A DNA stretch of 64,000 nt, taken from contig JAUCBJ010007728.1 in assembly GCA_032718475.1 (NCBI GenBank), forward strand, positions 1 through 64,000, in the 5' to 3' direction. The notes under the pieces were generated by a model, which worked only from the letters and a program-made list of their open reading frames with translations, did not search any database and was not told the DNA's origin. Below, piece by piece: positions 24,901 through 36,859 of this stretch. The position numbers and the translations under genes are program-made. The stretch comes from Nemertoderma westbladi (Eukaryota; Animalia; Xenacoelomorpha). The number at the start of each line of letters is the position of its first letter. Within the stretch, counting starts at the first letter, position 1.

Positions 24901-26701
24901 ATGAAAGTCAAAAGAACAGGTAACACTTACATTTATAGAAGAAATCAGCTGTCATTTGCTACGTCTTTCCGCTGAAGATGAATGAATTTTGATTGTGTCA
25001 GAACACCTCCTATCTGTGGTTGTATGAGTGGAGAGATAAGTAGCCTATCTCCCTATTAATATTGTTGTGTTCTAGAATATTTTTTATAGTTTCATCGTAT
25101 TGCCAAAGTGACTGGAGCTAAAGTTATTATGTAATGCAATAATTCACCTCAAATATCTCAGCTATTTCATGAACATAATGAAGTATTAAAGCCATGTCAA
25201 AATCATTGGTGTTTTTCTGCAATAATTTATCAAAATATCCTCTGATTTTTTTCAAAAACCATATCGATTTTCATATTTATAACTTCTATCCCACTCCACG
25301 AGATAGAGAATCTTAAATGAACGTCAAAAGAACAGGTAACACTTACATTTATAGCAGTAATCAGCTGTTATATGCTACGTATTTCCGCTAGAGATGAATG
25401 CATTTTGATTGCATTGGAACAACCCCTATCTGTGGCTGTCTGAGGGGAGAGATAAGTAGCCTATCTCCTTGTTAATATTGTTGTGTTCTAGAATATTTAT
25501 TATAGTTTCATCGTATTGCCAAAGTGACTAGAGCTGAAGTTGACTCATAATACAATAATTCACCTCAAATATCTCAGCTATTTCATGAACATAATGAAGT
25601 ATTAAAGCCATCTCGAAATCATTGGTGTTTTTCTGCAATAATTTATCAAAATATCCTCTGATTTTTTACAAAAACCATATCGATTTTCATATTTATAACT
25701 TCTAAGCCACTCCAAGAGATAGATAATCTTAAATGAAAGTCACAAGAACAGGTAACACTTACATTTATAGAAGTAATCAGCTGTTATTTGCTATGTCTTT
25801 CCGCTGAGGATGAATGAATTTTGATTGTGTCAGAACACCCACTATCTGTGGCTGTCTGAGTGGAGAGATAAGTAGCCTATCTCCCTGTTAATATTGTTGT
25901 GTTCTAGAATATTTATTATGGTTTCATCGTATTGCCAAAGTGACTAGAGCTGAAGTTGACTCATAATACAACAATTCACCTCAAATATCGCAGCTATTTC
26001 ATGAACATAATGAAGTATTAAAGCCATGTCTAAATCCTTTGTGTTTTTCTGCAATAATTTATCAAAATATCCTCTGTTTTTGTACAAAAACCATATCGAT
26101 TTTCATATTTATAAATTCTAACCCACTCCAAGAGATAGAGAATCTTAAATGAAAGTCACAAGAACAGGTAACACTTACATTTATAGCAGTAATAAGCTGT
26201 TATATGCTATGGCTTTCCGCTGGAGATGGATGAATTTTGATTGTGTCAGAACACCGCCTATCTGTGGCTGTATAAGTGGAGAGATAAGTTCTTATTTCCG
26301 TGTTAATATTGTTGTGTTCTAGAATATTTATTATAGTTTCATCGTATTGCTAAAGTGGCTGGAGCTAAAGTTATTATGTAATGCAATAATTCACCTAAAA
26401 TATCACAGCTATTTCTTGAACATAATGAAGTATTAAAGCCATGTCAAAATACTTGGTGTTTTTCTGTAATAATTTATCAAAATATCCTCATATTATTTAT
26501 CGATTTTCTTATTTATATCTTCTATCCCACTCCACGAGATAGAGAATCTTAAATGAAAGTCAAAAGAACAGGTAACACTTACATTTATAGAAGTAATCAG
26601 CTGTTATTTGCTATGTCTTTCCGCTGAAGATGAATGAATTTTGATTTTGTCAGAAAACCCCCTATCTGTGGTTGTATGAGTGGAGAGATAAGTAGCCTAT
26701 C
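9991..26701. repeat. ~416-bp satellite, main array (~40 monomers) with higher-order structure
   Basis: Monomer starts at, for example, 10261, 10665, 11081, 11497, 15083, 15499, 15915, 16320 and 16739; spacing is 416 bp, or 404-405 bp for a deletion variant. Two subtypes: GTGGCTGGAGCTAAAGTTATTATG vs GTGACTAGAGCTGAAGTTGACTC. Confidence 0.98.
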
Positions 26702-27506
26702 TGTGGGTGTGCTAAGCCACAACTTACAGGGGTGAAATCTTACAGCACAGAAGGTTCGCCATGTCCTGCAATTGTCTGATTGTTACAGTTGAAAAATTGT
26801 GAATACTATAAACTGATATAATTGTATTGAAATTATTGCTTGTACAAAGACAGAAAGATATGTTGAGATAGATATATTGATGTATAGAAACTGGTACATG
26901 AATGTCAGACATCAGAATATCGGAATGTTACAGTTACATAATATATCGGACTTTACAAATACTGTAACAGCATAGATATAACTATATAAAGTAACCAATC
27001 TAAACTATAGGACAACTATAACTAAGAACTATAACTGTATAATAAGAATTATAATGAGAACTATGCTACTATACTATACTATATTAAACTATACTACTAT
27101 ACTATTGAAAGATCATGGAGCTTCCTACCCCTGATTGACTGCTTCCGGTGTCTGACTGTATGTATGCATGCAGTACGTCAGTACTGCAGTACCAGTATGA
27201 TGTTCTGACTGCTGATCAATAATAATGATGCCAGCTAGGCAGAACAGATTCCTGATATTACGGAGGTTGGGATGGATAAGCCAATCAGGGAACAGGACAG
27301 TAATCCTACCATATAAGGTAATACAAACATAAGGTTGCGTGCGCTGTCTCTATTATAAGGAGACAGCTGGTAATAAAATGCACAAATAGAAATATATGTG
27401 GGGCGAGTCATAAACTATGAAAAGCTCTAAGGTAATATAATATTCTTAGTTAAAGATAATAAAGATATTGTAACTCTCTATATAAATGCATAATAGGTAG
27501 TTGACA
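26702..27506 (-). repeat. 3' LTR of the BEL/Pao element
   Basis: TGTGGGTGTG...GTTGACA; matches 42598-43402 at offset 15896. One substitution seen by eye (TATTATAAGG vs TATTATATGG). Confidence 0.97.
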
Positions 27507-27519
27507 TCCCCACACCCAC
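27507..27519 (-). promoter_or_regulatory. Polypurine-tract-like sequence
   Basis: Minus strand GTGGGTGTGGGGA immediately precedes the 3' LTR. Confidence 0.65.
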
Positions 27520-28305
27520 GACAGTGGCTTAGGGCCGCTGCCGTAACTATAAATTACGACATAATATGTACATATATAATATATAATGCACAATGAAAGG
27601 ACATATAAAGTAATAATGTGAAATCAAACTCAAATAAAGTCACATAATATTTATATCTTTACAAATGTCGGTTGGTGCTTTTGACTAGTTTTAAAATCTC
27701 ACAATTGATTAAACAAATTATAAACTAAAACTCAGCTCAAAATGCACAAATAAATGCCATTCTTATATATAGAAACTCTACTAATGTATATAGATTACTT
27801 TCAATGAAAATAATTACCGTAATTCATAGTAATAATGTTTCTTAGTAAGTTAAGACATACTTAATAACAATATAAGTCCATAGATAAGATTAAATTGAGA
27901 AACGGTAATTCAAATATTCACCAAGGAGTATTAAAGAGAGCAAAAATGAATACGAAAATACGAAAGAAAATACCATGAAATAACTATATATAACATCAAT
28001 ATAGTCATCAATCTATTATTACTAATTATAATCGAAGTACATCAATCAGCGTAATGTTAGTGATATTGAACTGCTTTGATCGACTTTATTCCCAAACATC
28101 GAGTAACAAGTATAAAACGAGTTGTATATAAACACTAAATCCATTATCGTCAACAAACATAAATTAAATATTCAGGGTAGAGGGATTGGGTTCAGAATGG
28201 GGTAAGGGACAAGAGAGACCAGGGGGGGGGGGGGGGGGGGGGGCAAAATGGAAAGGGAAAAGAGGGACAGGAAGAACGATACGAGAGGAATAGGCTGGAC
28301 AGTGG

Positions 28306-28355
28306 AGATCTTTCAAGATTGTGGGTGTGCTAAGCCACAACTTACAGGGGTGAAA
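28306..28355 (-). repeat. Internal 50-bp copy of the U5/primer-site junction
   Basis: AGATCTTTCAAGATTGTGGGTGTGCTAAGCCACAACTTACAGGGGTGAAA is identical to 42584-42633. Confidence 0.92.
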
Positions 28356-28766
28356 ATAAAGATGTCATATCAACAATGGAGCGTGCGCATCCTGGGGGGC
28401 CCCCACACCCGTGAAACGTCACGGGAGGATAGATAAGGGAATATCAATTGCATAATAATAAAACTGTATTCATTATGTAGATTGCATGCATATCCAATCC
28501 ATCCAAAAATTCACATCTATATAAATAATAGAATATCGTTATATCTTTAAGTCGTATCCATATCCATATCGTATCATTATCATTATCAATCAGCATATAT
28601 AAATATATAAGTATATAAAATAATGAATTTAGTAACGGTAATTATAACATCATCATTTGGGTATAATCCATTAGTAATTGTTGACCATATATCATTACAG
28701 GGTTGTATATAACTTGAGTATATGTATAATATATATATATATATATATAAATTAGAGTAGATATCT

Positions 28767-31700
28767 TTAATCTGCTTGTTCTAACAAGCAAAGTGTATGA
28801 ATTGGGCGCTCAAGAAGTGAGCCACCTTTGAGTAAAACTTCGGCTACTCGGACTTGTTTATCTTCACCCGGGAAGACTTTAGTGACTCGTCCGATTGTCC
28901 AAGCTCCCTTGATGGAATCATCATCCATCACAAGTACAACATCATGAACCTTAAGGTTGTAGCCTGGACGGTACCACTTGGTTCGGGTATGTAAAGTAGG
29001 TAGATATTCACGAATCCACCTGCTCCAGAAAAAGTTAGAAAGAACTTGGGCTTGTCTCCAGGTAGTTTCAACACCTTTATTTGCGGTAATAAACAATCCT
29101 GGTGGGAGGTTTGAGACTGGATCTAAACAAAGTGCGTGGTTAGGAGTTAGAACAGTATCACCATGAACATCATCAGTGGTGAGGTACAGTGGCCGACTGT
29201 TCATAATGGCTGCGGCTTCAGAGAGAACAGTGCGGAGTGTGTCCTCACTGACAAGCTGCGTTTCCAATGTGATTCGTAATATCTTCTTTGTCATTCCAAC
29301 AAGACGTTCCCAAACACCAGACATGTGAGGAGCACATGGGGGCTGCCAATGAAATTTGAGTGTATGATTGGGTACTAATACGTTTGAGAAATCGATATGT
29401 TGAAGATCCTCTAGGGCCTCCTTCAGTTGTTTCTCTGCACCAACAAAGTTTGTTCCATTGTCAGAATACATGTGCGCAACTCTTCGAGCTCTCGAGTTTA
29501 TGAAGCGACGGAATGTATTGATGAATGCATTCGTGGATAAGTCCGAAACAAGATCGATATCGACTGCACGAGTTGTTAGACAAGTGTACAACACTACCCA
29601 ACGCTTAATTGATCCACGACCATATTTAGCCTTGACTGGGCCAAAATAATCGACACCCGTATGTGTCCATGGAGGAAGATATGGAATAGTACGAAAATGT
29701 GGCAAATCTGCCATACGTTGTTTCATTCGCTTACGATTTCGAATCTTACAAATCATGCAACGACTTAAAAATCTTAATACCTGATTCCTCAACCCAATAA
29801 TCCAGTAACTACGGCGGATCTCATTTGTCATATGTTCACGACCTGCATGTCTCAAGGAACGATGAAGATCATTTATGAGGATAGGAATAATAGCTGAGCT
29901 CTTGGGGATAATTATGGGATTTGATTCATCAAAATTCAAGGCAGTGGTTACACACCTTGAACCCATTCTTATCAATCCATCACTATCAATATGTGGATTA
30001 AATCTCTCAATAGGACTTCCTTTACGAACTGGAAGATTGGAACTTAACCTTACAAGATCATCTTGAAGCGGAAGTTGAGAATACTTAAGGACTGAGATTT
30101 TCGCTGCAAGTATCTCATCTGGACTCAAACGATCTTCAAAGGGAGGTGTGGGCTCAGAACTGTTATGACATTGGTAATATCGCGCTATACAAGCACGACG
30201 AATATGTGCTACGCAACGATATAGACGATCTGATTCGCTAAAATGTTCTATAAACTTACGAGTATACCCATTGGTATTTGCTGAATTGGTAAAATTTATT
30301 GAAATATCCTGCCTCAACTCTGAAAGATCATCAGGATAATCAGTATCCTTAACATGCGTTTTTGGCCATGATTCCTCTGGGCCACTAAGAAACTGTGGTC
30401 CATTAAACCATCTCTTACTATCTACAAGTTGTTCAGGGGTCAGACCCCGAGAAACATCATCTGCAGAGTTACACTCTGTAGGAACATAACGCCAATTATC
30501 AGTGGAAGTGTTTTTACGAATTTCTGTGACACGATTGTCAACAAAGGTTTTGAGCCGTAACTCGGTATTCTTAATCCAGGCAAGAACAACTTGCGAGTCA
30601 ATCCAATAGATGAGTCTTGAGATTGTATAATCTATTTCGCGAGTGACAGCTAGACTTAAACGGAGAGCCATGATTGCTGCCTGTAACTCTAAACGTGGCA
30701 TTGTAACTGCACGAAGTGGAGCAGTGCGAGCCTTAGAAGTTACAAAGGATGTGAATGAATCCTTACGTCGCAAATAAATGACTACACCATATCCCTCTTT
30801 ACTAGCATCAGAGAAAATATGAAGCTCAAAAGGCTCAAGAGGATCATGATCTGGAAAATACGCACGAGGAATGTGTAAGTCTTGAAGGGTGGGCAACTGA
30901 ACTTTCCACTCTTCCCAAGAATGGGCCAGACTTGGGGGCAATTGTTCATCCCAAGAAAGTTTATCTGACCACATCTTACGTAATAATAATTTCCCTAGAA
31001 GAGTGACAGGAGAAATGAGACCCAAAGGGTCATATAAGGAAGATAATGAGGAAAGACATCCTCTTTTAGTAAGAGGTGATACTTGGACCTGAACACGATA
31101 ACCAAACTCATCTGAGTCGGTGTTCCATCTAACTCCTAAGGTTCTACTATAGGGAAGATGGTCAAGGTCCAAATCAACCTCCTTTGAAAGACGATTAGTA
31201 GAAATATTGTCTCCTTGGATTTGAGTAAGGAATTCTCTGCTATTACTTAGAAAGCAAGTAAGGTTGAAACCTCCTTGCGCTAAGCAAGATATAAGGCCCC
31301 GGGCTAAATTTACAGCCTCATCTAATGTACGGAGGGATGGCAATCCATCATCCATGTAAAAATTACGTTGTATTGTATCATTTACAATTGGGGGGTACTG
31401 AGACTTATTTTTCTCACCAGTAATTTGCACACCATGTATCGCTATACATGGGGAGTCCTTTTTCCCAAAACAATGTCTGGTCATTCTATATTCCTCGACC
31501 ATACCATGGACTTTATCATCCTTCCACCAAAGAAATCGAAGACTATCTTGATCTTTGGGGGGAACCTTGATCTGGTGGAACATTGCTTCAATATCACACA
31601 TGAATGCAATATTCTCTTGGCGGAAACGAAGCAATATTCCCCAGATCAGGTTCAAACGGTTAGGTGCTGACAGCAGCATATCATTTAAACAATGACCACA

Positions 31701-34700
31701 AAACTTTGCTGCAGCGTCATTCACTATTCTTATTTTTCCTGGTTTTTCAGGATAAGTAATATAGTGATGGGGAATATAATTTGTTTGAGGGGTAACCGTT
31801 AAGTCATCACCTGTCAATTTGATGGCATAACCTTTGTCAATATAGTCATGTAATTTGGATATATACGTAGGTAAATGCTGCTGAGAGTCTTGATTATTGA
31901 GGAAACGTTTCCCCAAAGAATACAAGCGCTTCTCAGCTAAGGGTCGATTGAATACAATCTTATTGGGATCACATTTCCATAGCATCCCTACTTCCCATTT
32001 TCCCTCTGTTTCATCAAAAACAGTGGTTTCCTTAAGTATTTGTAGTGCACGTTTGTCATCATCAGACTCTTTGACAACTGAGTTGTCCTCATCCTCAATC
32101 CGATTGTATCCAAAGTTTTCCAATTCCCAAAATTGTGAGAGAAGTTTATGGATATCAATAGGAGGATTTGGATGAGAGACTTCTTGATTGTCATATATGC
32201 GACTGTGGTTGACAAAGTATGATTTCCTTTTATTTTTTAGGGTGTTATCTAGAGCTATAGGACCTGATATATACCAACCAAATGGAGACAAGACTCCATA
32301 AGGTTCAGTTTGTGGATTATCGCCAAATCTTTGCTCAATGCGATAATGTGCATATGGCAAATTTTGACCAATCACAATACTGATGAATGGAATATCAACA
32401 GGTTGAGCTTCAAGGGATAGAGAAGATAAATGAGGGAAGTTTGAGAATTTGGAGACTGGCGGAGGTCCATCACCTATCCGCAACTGATCACAAACAACAA
32501 TATCTGTTTCCCCAATAATTCTTTTTTCCAATGAACTAAATTGGCATCTTGCAATACCAATACTAATATTACACTCATCTCGTAAGAGAGTTGATAAATC
32601 AATACTGTCTCGTTTTGGGGTTATACCTAAATAACGTGTGACTCCTGCATCAACAAATGTTCCTGTTGAACCACCATCCAACAAGGCATATGTTGATACA
32701 GACCTCAAGGGATCTATATATACAGAAACCGAAACTACAGGTAAACAAGCTGAAGGATCGTCACCCTTCAACTTATTTGACATGTGAGTTATATAATTCT
32801 TAGATGGTCCCTTAGGAACAATTTTAGATTTATCCTTAGGTACTACTATAGGAGTCTCCTCTGGAACTGTAGTTTCCTTTGTAACTACAGTTTTCTGCAG
32901 TTGGAGGGGTTTACTGGCAGTGGAGTTAAAACTAAGATATTCATGAACTCCATGCATAACAGCACCATGGCTGTCACCACATGTGGGGCATTTAATTCGC
33001 CATGGACACTGACCCGATTTATGACCAGGTCGGGTACAATGTGTACAAACAGATGGTTTATGGTGATTTATAATATTAGCCTTTTCCTCGCAAGATTTAC
33101 TTGCAAATATAGAACATCGATAGAGGAAATGACTTTTACCTTTACAAAGGGGACAAGAAGGTGGATTTATTTTTAAAGACTGAGATTTTGAAATATTACT
33201 ATCTACCATCATTGATGTCTCTCGTAATTTACTATTGCCAGTTGTGGCTCCACTAGCCAGCGACTTATCGGTAGATTGTCGTTGACCCTTATTGGCAGTA
33301 TGTAAATTGGAGTAATGTGGATGATCTCCTGCTTCCGCATAAAAATCAACAAAACGCAGGATATCATACAAAGTAGGATCAGAAGGGCGGCCATTAGCAG
33401 AACGCCTACGATTTGATATACGTGTAGCCTCCATTTGCCATTTAATTATTAAATTTTGTGGAAGCCGTGCTATTAGAGCACGTAAGTTATGATGGTTATT
33501 CATCTCTTCAGGGTCATGAAGATGACTAAGTGTATTATAAATGTATCGTATTTGGTCTGCATAGGCTATTAATTCTTTTGGTGTGTTATTGATTGGGGGC
33601 TGATTTATAACCTTATCAAAGGTAGCACGGACAATTTTTGTTACATGACCAAAACGGTGATCCAACAAAGCCCATGCCAGACGATACCTATGAGGAGAAG
33701 TAACTAACGTATTTACAGCTTCTTTTGGAGGACCAGTTAGAAACTGTAAAAGGTAAGAAAACTTCTCTGCATCAGGTATTTGTTTAATGCCAATGGTAGC
33801 ATTAAAGTTGACACAAAAGGAAATATAATTTTCTGGATTCCCATCAAATTTATCTGGATGTGGTAATGGAGTATGAGAACTGAGACCCACTCTGTCAAGC
33901 AAGGCTCTCTCATACCTGTCATCCCTTTGTTGATATAAAGGATATTGGGATCCAGAATCACATATCATGCTTTGAGGAGAGTTATATTCATCATTTGGTG
34001 GGGGACCTCGTCCACCTCCACCTCTGCCCCCACTACCACCATTATTATTAGGTGTGTGGGGCTGCCGAGGTTGATAGCCTCGGTCAGTGGGAGGGGGACC
34101 TCGTCCACCATCACCTCTGCCTCCACTACCACCATTATTACTAGGTGTGTAGGGCTGGCGAGGTTGATTATTATTAGGAACAAGAGGAATATATTTGGAT
34201 TCATAGTAGCTATTTTCAAAATTACTTGGGTTACGATATTCACACTCAGGTGTGTCTATTGGATGTACACCTCTTGGAACATCATTTATGGGTGCATATT
34301 TAGGTGTATAATGTATATAGTCAGTGTGTTCAGACGGATGTTTGACATCTTTCGGAACAATATGGTTTGACCCAGTCCATGTAGAATGGGCCTGGGGTAA
34401 ACTACTAGTATGTTTACTAGTGTAATGTGTTGGCTCATGTTTCAATGGGCCACAATAATTATCATCTGCTGGAACACAATCATTACCAGATGATTCAAAC
34501 AACTCAGCAGATGGTATGTAAGGGGTTTCAAAATATATTTCTTCATTGGGTGGTTGATGTGGGAGATAAGGCACTCCTGTATCAGACACCCTAACCCCAA
34601 CTCTATTTGAGGAACCTACAGGATGTGAGAGGTTATACAAATTAGAGTTATTTTGGACAACATTTTGAGGTCTATCAATAGGCCTGATATTTGGTACAAA

Positions 34701-35981
34701 TGGTGGATTATTAACTTTGGATTCCAAAGAAAAACCAACTGATTCTTTTGGGGGATCAAGAGAAGGGTCTTTGGAACTAATATGTAAAGAATGGGGTGTT
34801 ATGATATTTGCATTATTTTGATTTATATTGTTTGTCAAATTTTGAGTTTCAGGTGATACATTATGCTCTTTACCTTGTTGCAAGCGTTGTATTTCTTTCT
34901 GTAGCAACACATGATGGAGTTCTTTTTGCTGTTGATCATTGTATACCATTTGTTGATTTTCGGCTAAAAGGTCAGACTCATGCTCTGCATCTCGGGAAGC
35001 CTGCTCAGCAATACGTGTTGCCTCAGTTAGGGCATGACGTGCCTTTGCTCGTGCATCAGCCTCCACTTGAGCTGCTTTAGTAAATGCCATTGAAGATGCT
35101 AATTCTGCGTCTGCTTGTGCACTGCGGGCTCTTGCTTGGGCATCAGCTATTTTTCGCTCCTGAGATCGTTGTGCTAGGATGGATTTTCGTTCAATGTTCT
35201 GTTCTCCCTGTTTAGTTGCAAGTTTGGAAACTTCAACAGCAACACCAGCAATAGCTTCTAATTGCGTGATGGAAGTAGACTTACTACCTCCCGAAAGAGC
35301 ACTTTTGAAACTTTTACTACGAGTAGATTTTGATTTTTGATTTTGATCAGCATTGCTCGCCGATTGAGAGGGATGAATACTGCTTGGAGAACAATCAAAG
35401 GTTCTGTTTACTGTACCTTTGTCAGTATTATTAGGAAGGCCTACATAATGAGAATTGGAATAAATGGATTGGTTTGGTTCTGGATCATGTATGGATTGTT
35501 TTGTTACAGGAACATGTGGATTTTTCATCCACGGCACTTCACATTCCACTTGATCGTTAACCAAACCAAGCATTTGATTCTCTCGTGGTTTCTCATAAGT
35601 GTCATCAGATAGTGGAGTCCACTCGGATTCCTTACTGGAAAATTGTTCCAACAAATTGATGAAACGTTCAGGCATATCTGCCCCTGTGCGATCATAAGCG
35701 CGCTGCAGTACCCTGATCTTTTCAACAACTGTTGAATAAGCTGAACAAATTTTCTGAAGAAGTTCCCCAGATATTGGTAAGGATTTACTTTGGAAGTCAT
35801 TAACTTCCTTTTCAATTTTGGCAACATAGCCCAAATAACCATTTATACTCCTGGTAATATCCTTGGTTGAGTCTACCTTGGGTAAATGTTCTTCAATGGG
35901 CTGGTCTGGTCTGTTTAAATGGACAGATTCAGACCCCTTTTGTCTCACAGTGGGGTTGTCTCCATAATTTGGAGATGCCAT
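28767..35981 (-). CDS. gag-pol: BEL/Pao gag-pol polyprotein (2404 aa), intact
   Basis: Gag core (FDGNPENY...F), three Cys/His knuckles (CPLC..H..C, CTHC..GH..C, CPTC..H..H), protease LDGGS, RT (CDIEAMFHQI, YMDD), RNase H (FSDAS, PRLEL, DSQVVL), integrase (H/H/CC, GVDYFGP, SDNGTNF, WERLV) and the BEL C-terminal FWSRW..EYL domain. Order PR-RT-RH-IN. Confidence 0.97.
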   Translation of the reverse strand: MASPNYGDNPTVRQKGSESVHLNRPDQPIEEHLPKVDSTKDITRSINGYLGYVAKIEKEVNDFQSKSLPISGELLQKICSAYSTVVEKIRVLQRAYDRTGADMPERFINLLEQFSSKESEWTPLSDDTYEKPRENQMLGLVNDQVECEVPWMKNPHVPVTKQSIHDPEPNQSIYSNSHYVGLPNNTDKGTVNRTFDCSPSSIHPSQSASNADQNQKSKSTRSKSFKSALSGGSKSTSITQLEAIAGVAVEVSKLATKQGEQNIERKSILAQRSQERKIADAQARARSAQADAELASSMAFTKAAQVEADARAKARHALTEATRIAEQASRDAEHESDLLAENQQMVYNDQQQKELHHVLLQKEIQRLQQGKEHNVSPETQNLTNNINQNNANIITPHSLHISSKDPSLDPPKESVGFSLESKVNNPPFVPNIRPIDRPQNVVQNNSNLYNLSHPVGSSNRVGVRVSDTGVPYLPHQPPNEEIYFETPYIPSAELFESSGNDCVPADDNYCGPLKHEPTHYTSKHTSSLPQAHSTWTGSNHIVPKDVKHPSEHTDYIHYTPKYAPINDVPRGVHPIDTPECEYRNPSNFENSYYESKYIPLVPNNNQPRQPYTPSNNGGSGGRGDGGRGPPPTDRGYQPRQPHTPNNNGGSGGRGGGGRGPPPNDEYNSPQSMICDSGSQYPLYQQRDDRYERALLDRVGLSSHTPLPHPDKFDGNPENYISFCVNFNATIGIKQIPDAEKFSYLLQFLTGPPKEAVNTLVTSPHRYRLAWALLDHRFGHVTKIVRATFDKVINQPPINNTPKELIAYADQIRYIYNTLSHLHDPEEMNNHHNLRALIARLPQNLIIKWQMEATRISNRRRSANGRPSDPTLYDILRFVDFYAEAGDHPHYSNLHTANKGQRQSTDKSLASGATTGNSKLRETSMMVDSNISKSQSLKINPPSCPLCKGKSHFLYRCSIFASKSCEEKANIINHHKPSVCTHCTRPGHKSGQCPWRIKCPTCGDSHGAVMHGVHEYLSFNSTASKPLQLQKTVVTKETTVPEETPIVVPKDKSKIVPKGPSKNYITHMSNKLKGDDPSACLPVVSVSVYIDPLRSVSTYALLDGGSTGTFVDAGVTRYLGITPKRDSIDLSTLLRDECNISIGIARCQFSSLEKRIIGETDIVVCDQLRIGDGPPPVSKFSNFPHLSSLSLEAQPVDIPFISIVIGQNLPYAHYRIEQRFGDNPQTEPYGVLSPFGWYISGPIALDNTLKNKRKSYFVNHSRIYDNQEVSHPNPPIDIHKLLSQFWELENFGYNRIEDEDNSVVKESDDDKRALQILKETTVFDETEGKWEVGMLWKCDPNKIVFNRPLAEKRLYSLGKRFLNNQDSQQHLPTYISKLHDYIDKGYAIKLTGDDLTVTPQTNYIPHHYITYPEKPGKIRIVNDAAAKFCGHCLNDMLLSAPNRLNLIWGILLRFRQENIAFMCDIEAMFHQIKVPPKDQDSLRFLWWKDDKVHGMVEEYRMTRHCFGKKDSPCIAIHGVQITGEKNKSQYPPIVNDTIQRNFYMDDGLPSLRTLDEAVNLARGLISCLAQGGFNLTCFLSNSREFLTQIQGDNISTNRLSKEVDLDLDHLPYSRTLGVRWNTDSDEFGYRVQVQVSPLTKRGCLSSLSSLYDPLGLISPVTLLGKLLLRKMWSDKLSWDEQLPPSLAHSWEEWKVQLPTLQDLHIPRAYFPDHDPLEPFELHIFSDASKEGYGVVIYLRRKDSFTSFVTSKARTAPLRAVTMPRLELQAAIMALRLSLAVTREIDYTISRLIYWIDSQVVLAWIKNTELRLKTFVDNRVTEIRKNTSTDNWRYVPTECNSADDVSRGLTPEQLVDSKRWFNGPQFLSGPEESWPKTHVKDTDYPDDLSELRQDISINFTNSANTNGYTRKFIEHFSESDRLYRCVAHIRRACIARYYQCHNSSEPTPPFEDRLSPDEILAAKISVLKYSQLPLQDDLVRLSSNLPVRKGSPIERFNPHIDSDGLIRMGSRCVTTALNFDESNPIIIPKSSAIIPILINDLHRSLRHAGREHMTNEIRRSYWIIGLRNQVLRFLSRCMICKIRNRKRMKQRMADLPHFRTIPYLPPWTHTGVDYFGPVKAKYGRGSIKRWVVLYTCLTTRAVDIDLVSDLSTNAFINTFRRFINSRARRVAHMYSDNGTNFVGAEKQLKEALEDLQHIDFSNVLVPNHTLKFHWQPPCAPHMSGVWERLVGMTKKILRITLETQLVSEDTLRTVLSEAAAIMNSRPLYLTTDDVHGDTVLTPNHALCLDPVSNLPPGLFITANKGVETTWRQAQVLSNFFWSRWIREYLPTLHTRTKWYRPGYNLKVHDVVLVMDDDSIKGAWTIGRVTKVFPGEDKQVRVAEVLLKGGSLLERPIHTLCLLEQAD
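33990..34168 (-). repeat. 93-bp tandem duplication in gag encoding RGG/Pro-rich repeats
   Basis: QPRQP(Y/H)TP(S/N)NNGGSGGRG(D/G)GGRGPPP occurs twice. Confidence 0.85.
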
Positions 35982-36859
35982 TTCAATTTTGTATAAGTTT
36001 ACTGCCTGAGCAGACCTATCAGCCTATGTCCTTATAAATTAAGTAAATTGAATAAACTGTAATAAATATATTAAATAATAGGCTGTTAACTTAGAGCAGT
36101 ATATAGATATATATGTTGCATATAACATAGGAAATATATGATGATTTACTAATTGCCAAATAAACCATAAATAAGAGTTGTTAACTCGTATTAGCCTATC
36201 AGTCTATATTATACAAAATATGCCTAAAATAACTGAAAGGATGGAAATTAATAAATTAAGGTATATATACTCTGTGCAAAAAAATCGTTACAATGGACGG
36301 AGTCAGTGATTAGAACAGTCAAGTTAATGGACTGTTGCTTCACAGAATTGTTATGGACTATTTTAAAGAAAAATAATCAAAAATGTTGTATTTTCTGCTT
36401 TATACTGTACTAGAGTCAAACAGATCAGAAGATAAGAAATGGTCAATGTCAAGTCAGGCAGTCAGGTAGGACATTCACAAATTATTAACAGTACCGGAAT
36501 AAATGTGAATGGGGGTAGCTAGGCCCCACTAACAACCGATGCTGGAAACAAATGTAAATTATCCAAATGTGAATGTTAGTCAGTCGGTGTAAAGTAGATA
36601 GAGTCGTCCTGTTAGTAGGTAACAGTACAATAATACAGTAGCAGAAAATATATATCACCTGGCAGAATGTATACAAGGCAATATGTCGGATTTTTTTAAA
36701 TGCTGATGGCACAACAATATGTGCAAATATGCGTACAATTGTACGACTAAGTCAATACTACAGTAAGTATAATATTGTAGAAAATGTAACTTACTAATGA
36801 GTGGCCTAATACCAATTGTAAAACTTGTCCACAGAAATAGGCCTACTTACTGAGTAACA

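Noticed and set aside
26724-26912. 62-aa ORF duplicated at 42620-42808
   Set aside because: Chance ORF within the LTRs; the duplication simply reflects LTR identity.
28385-28432. Hammerhead ribozyme
   Set aside because: Three-stem shape and GAAA are present but the CUGANGA core is absent on both strands.
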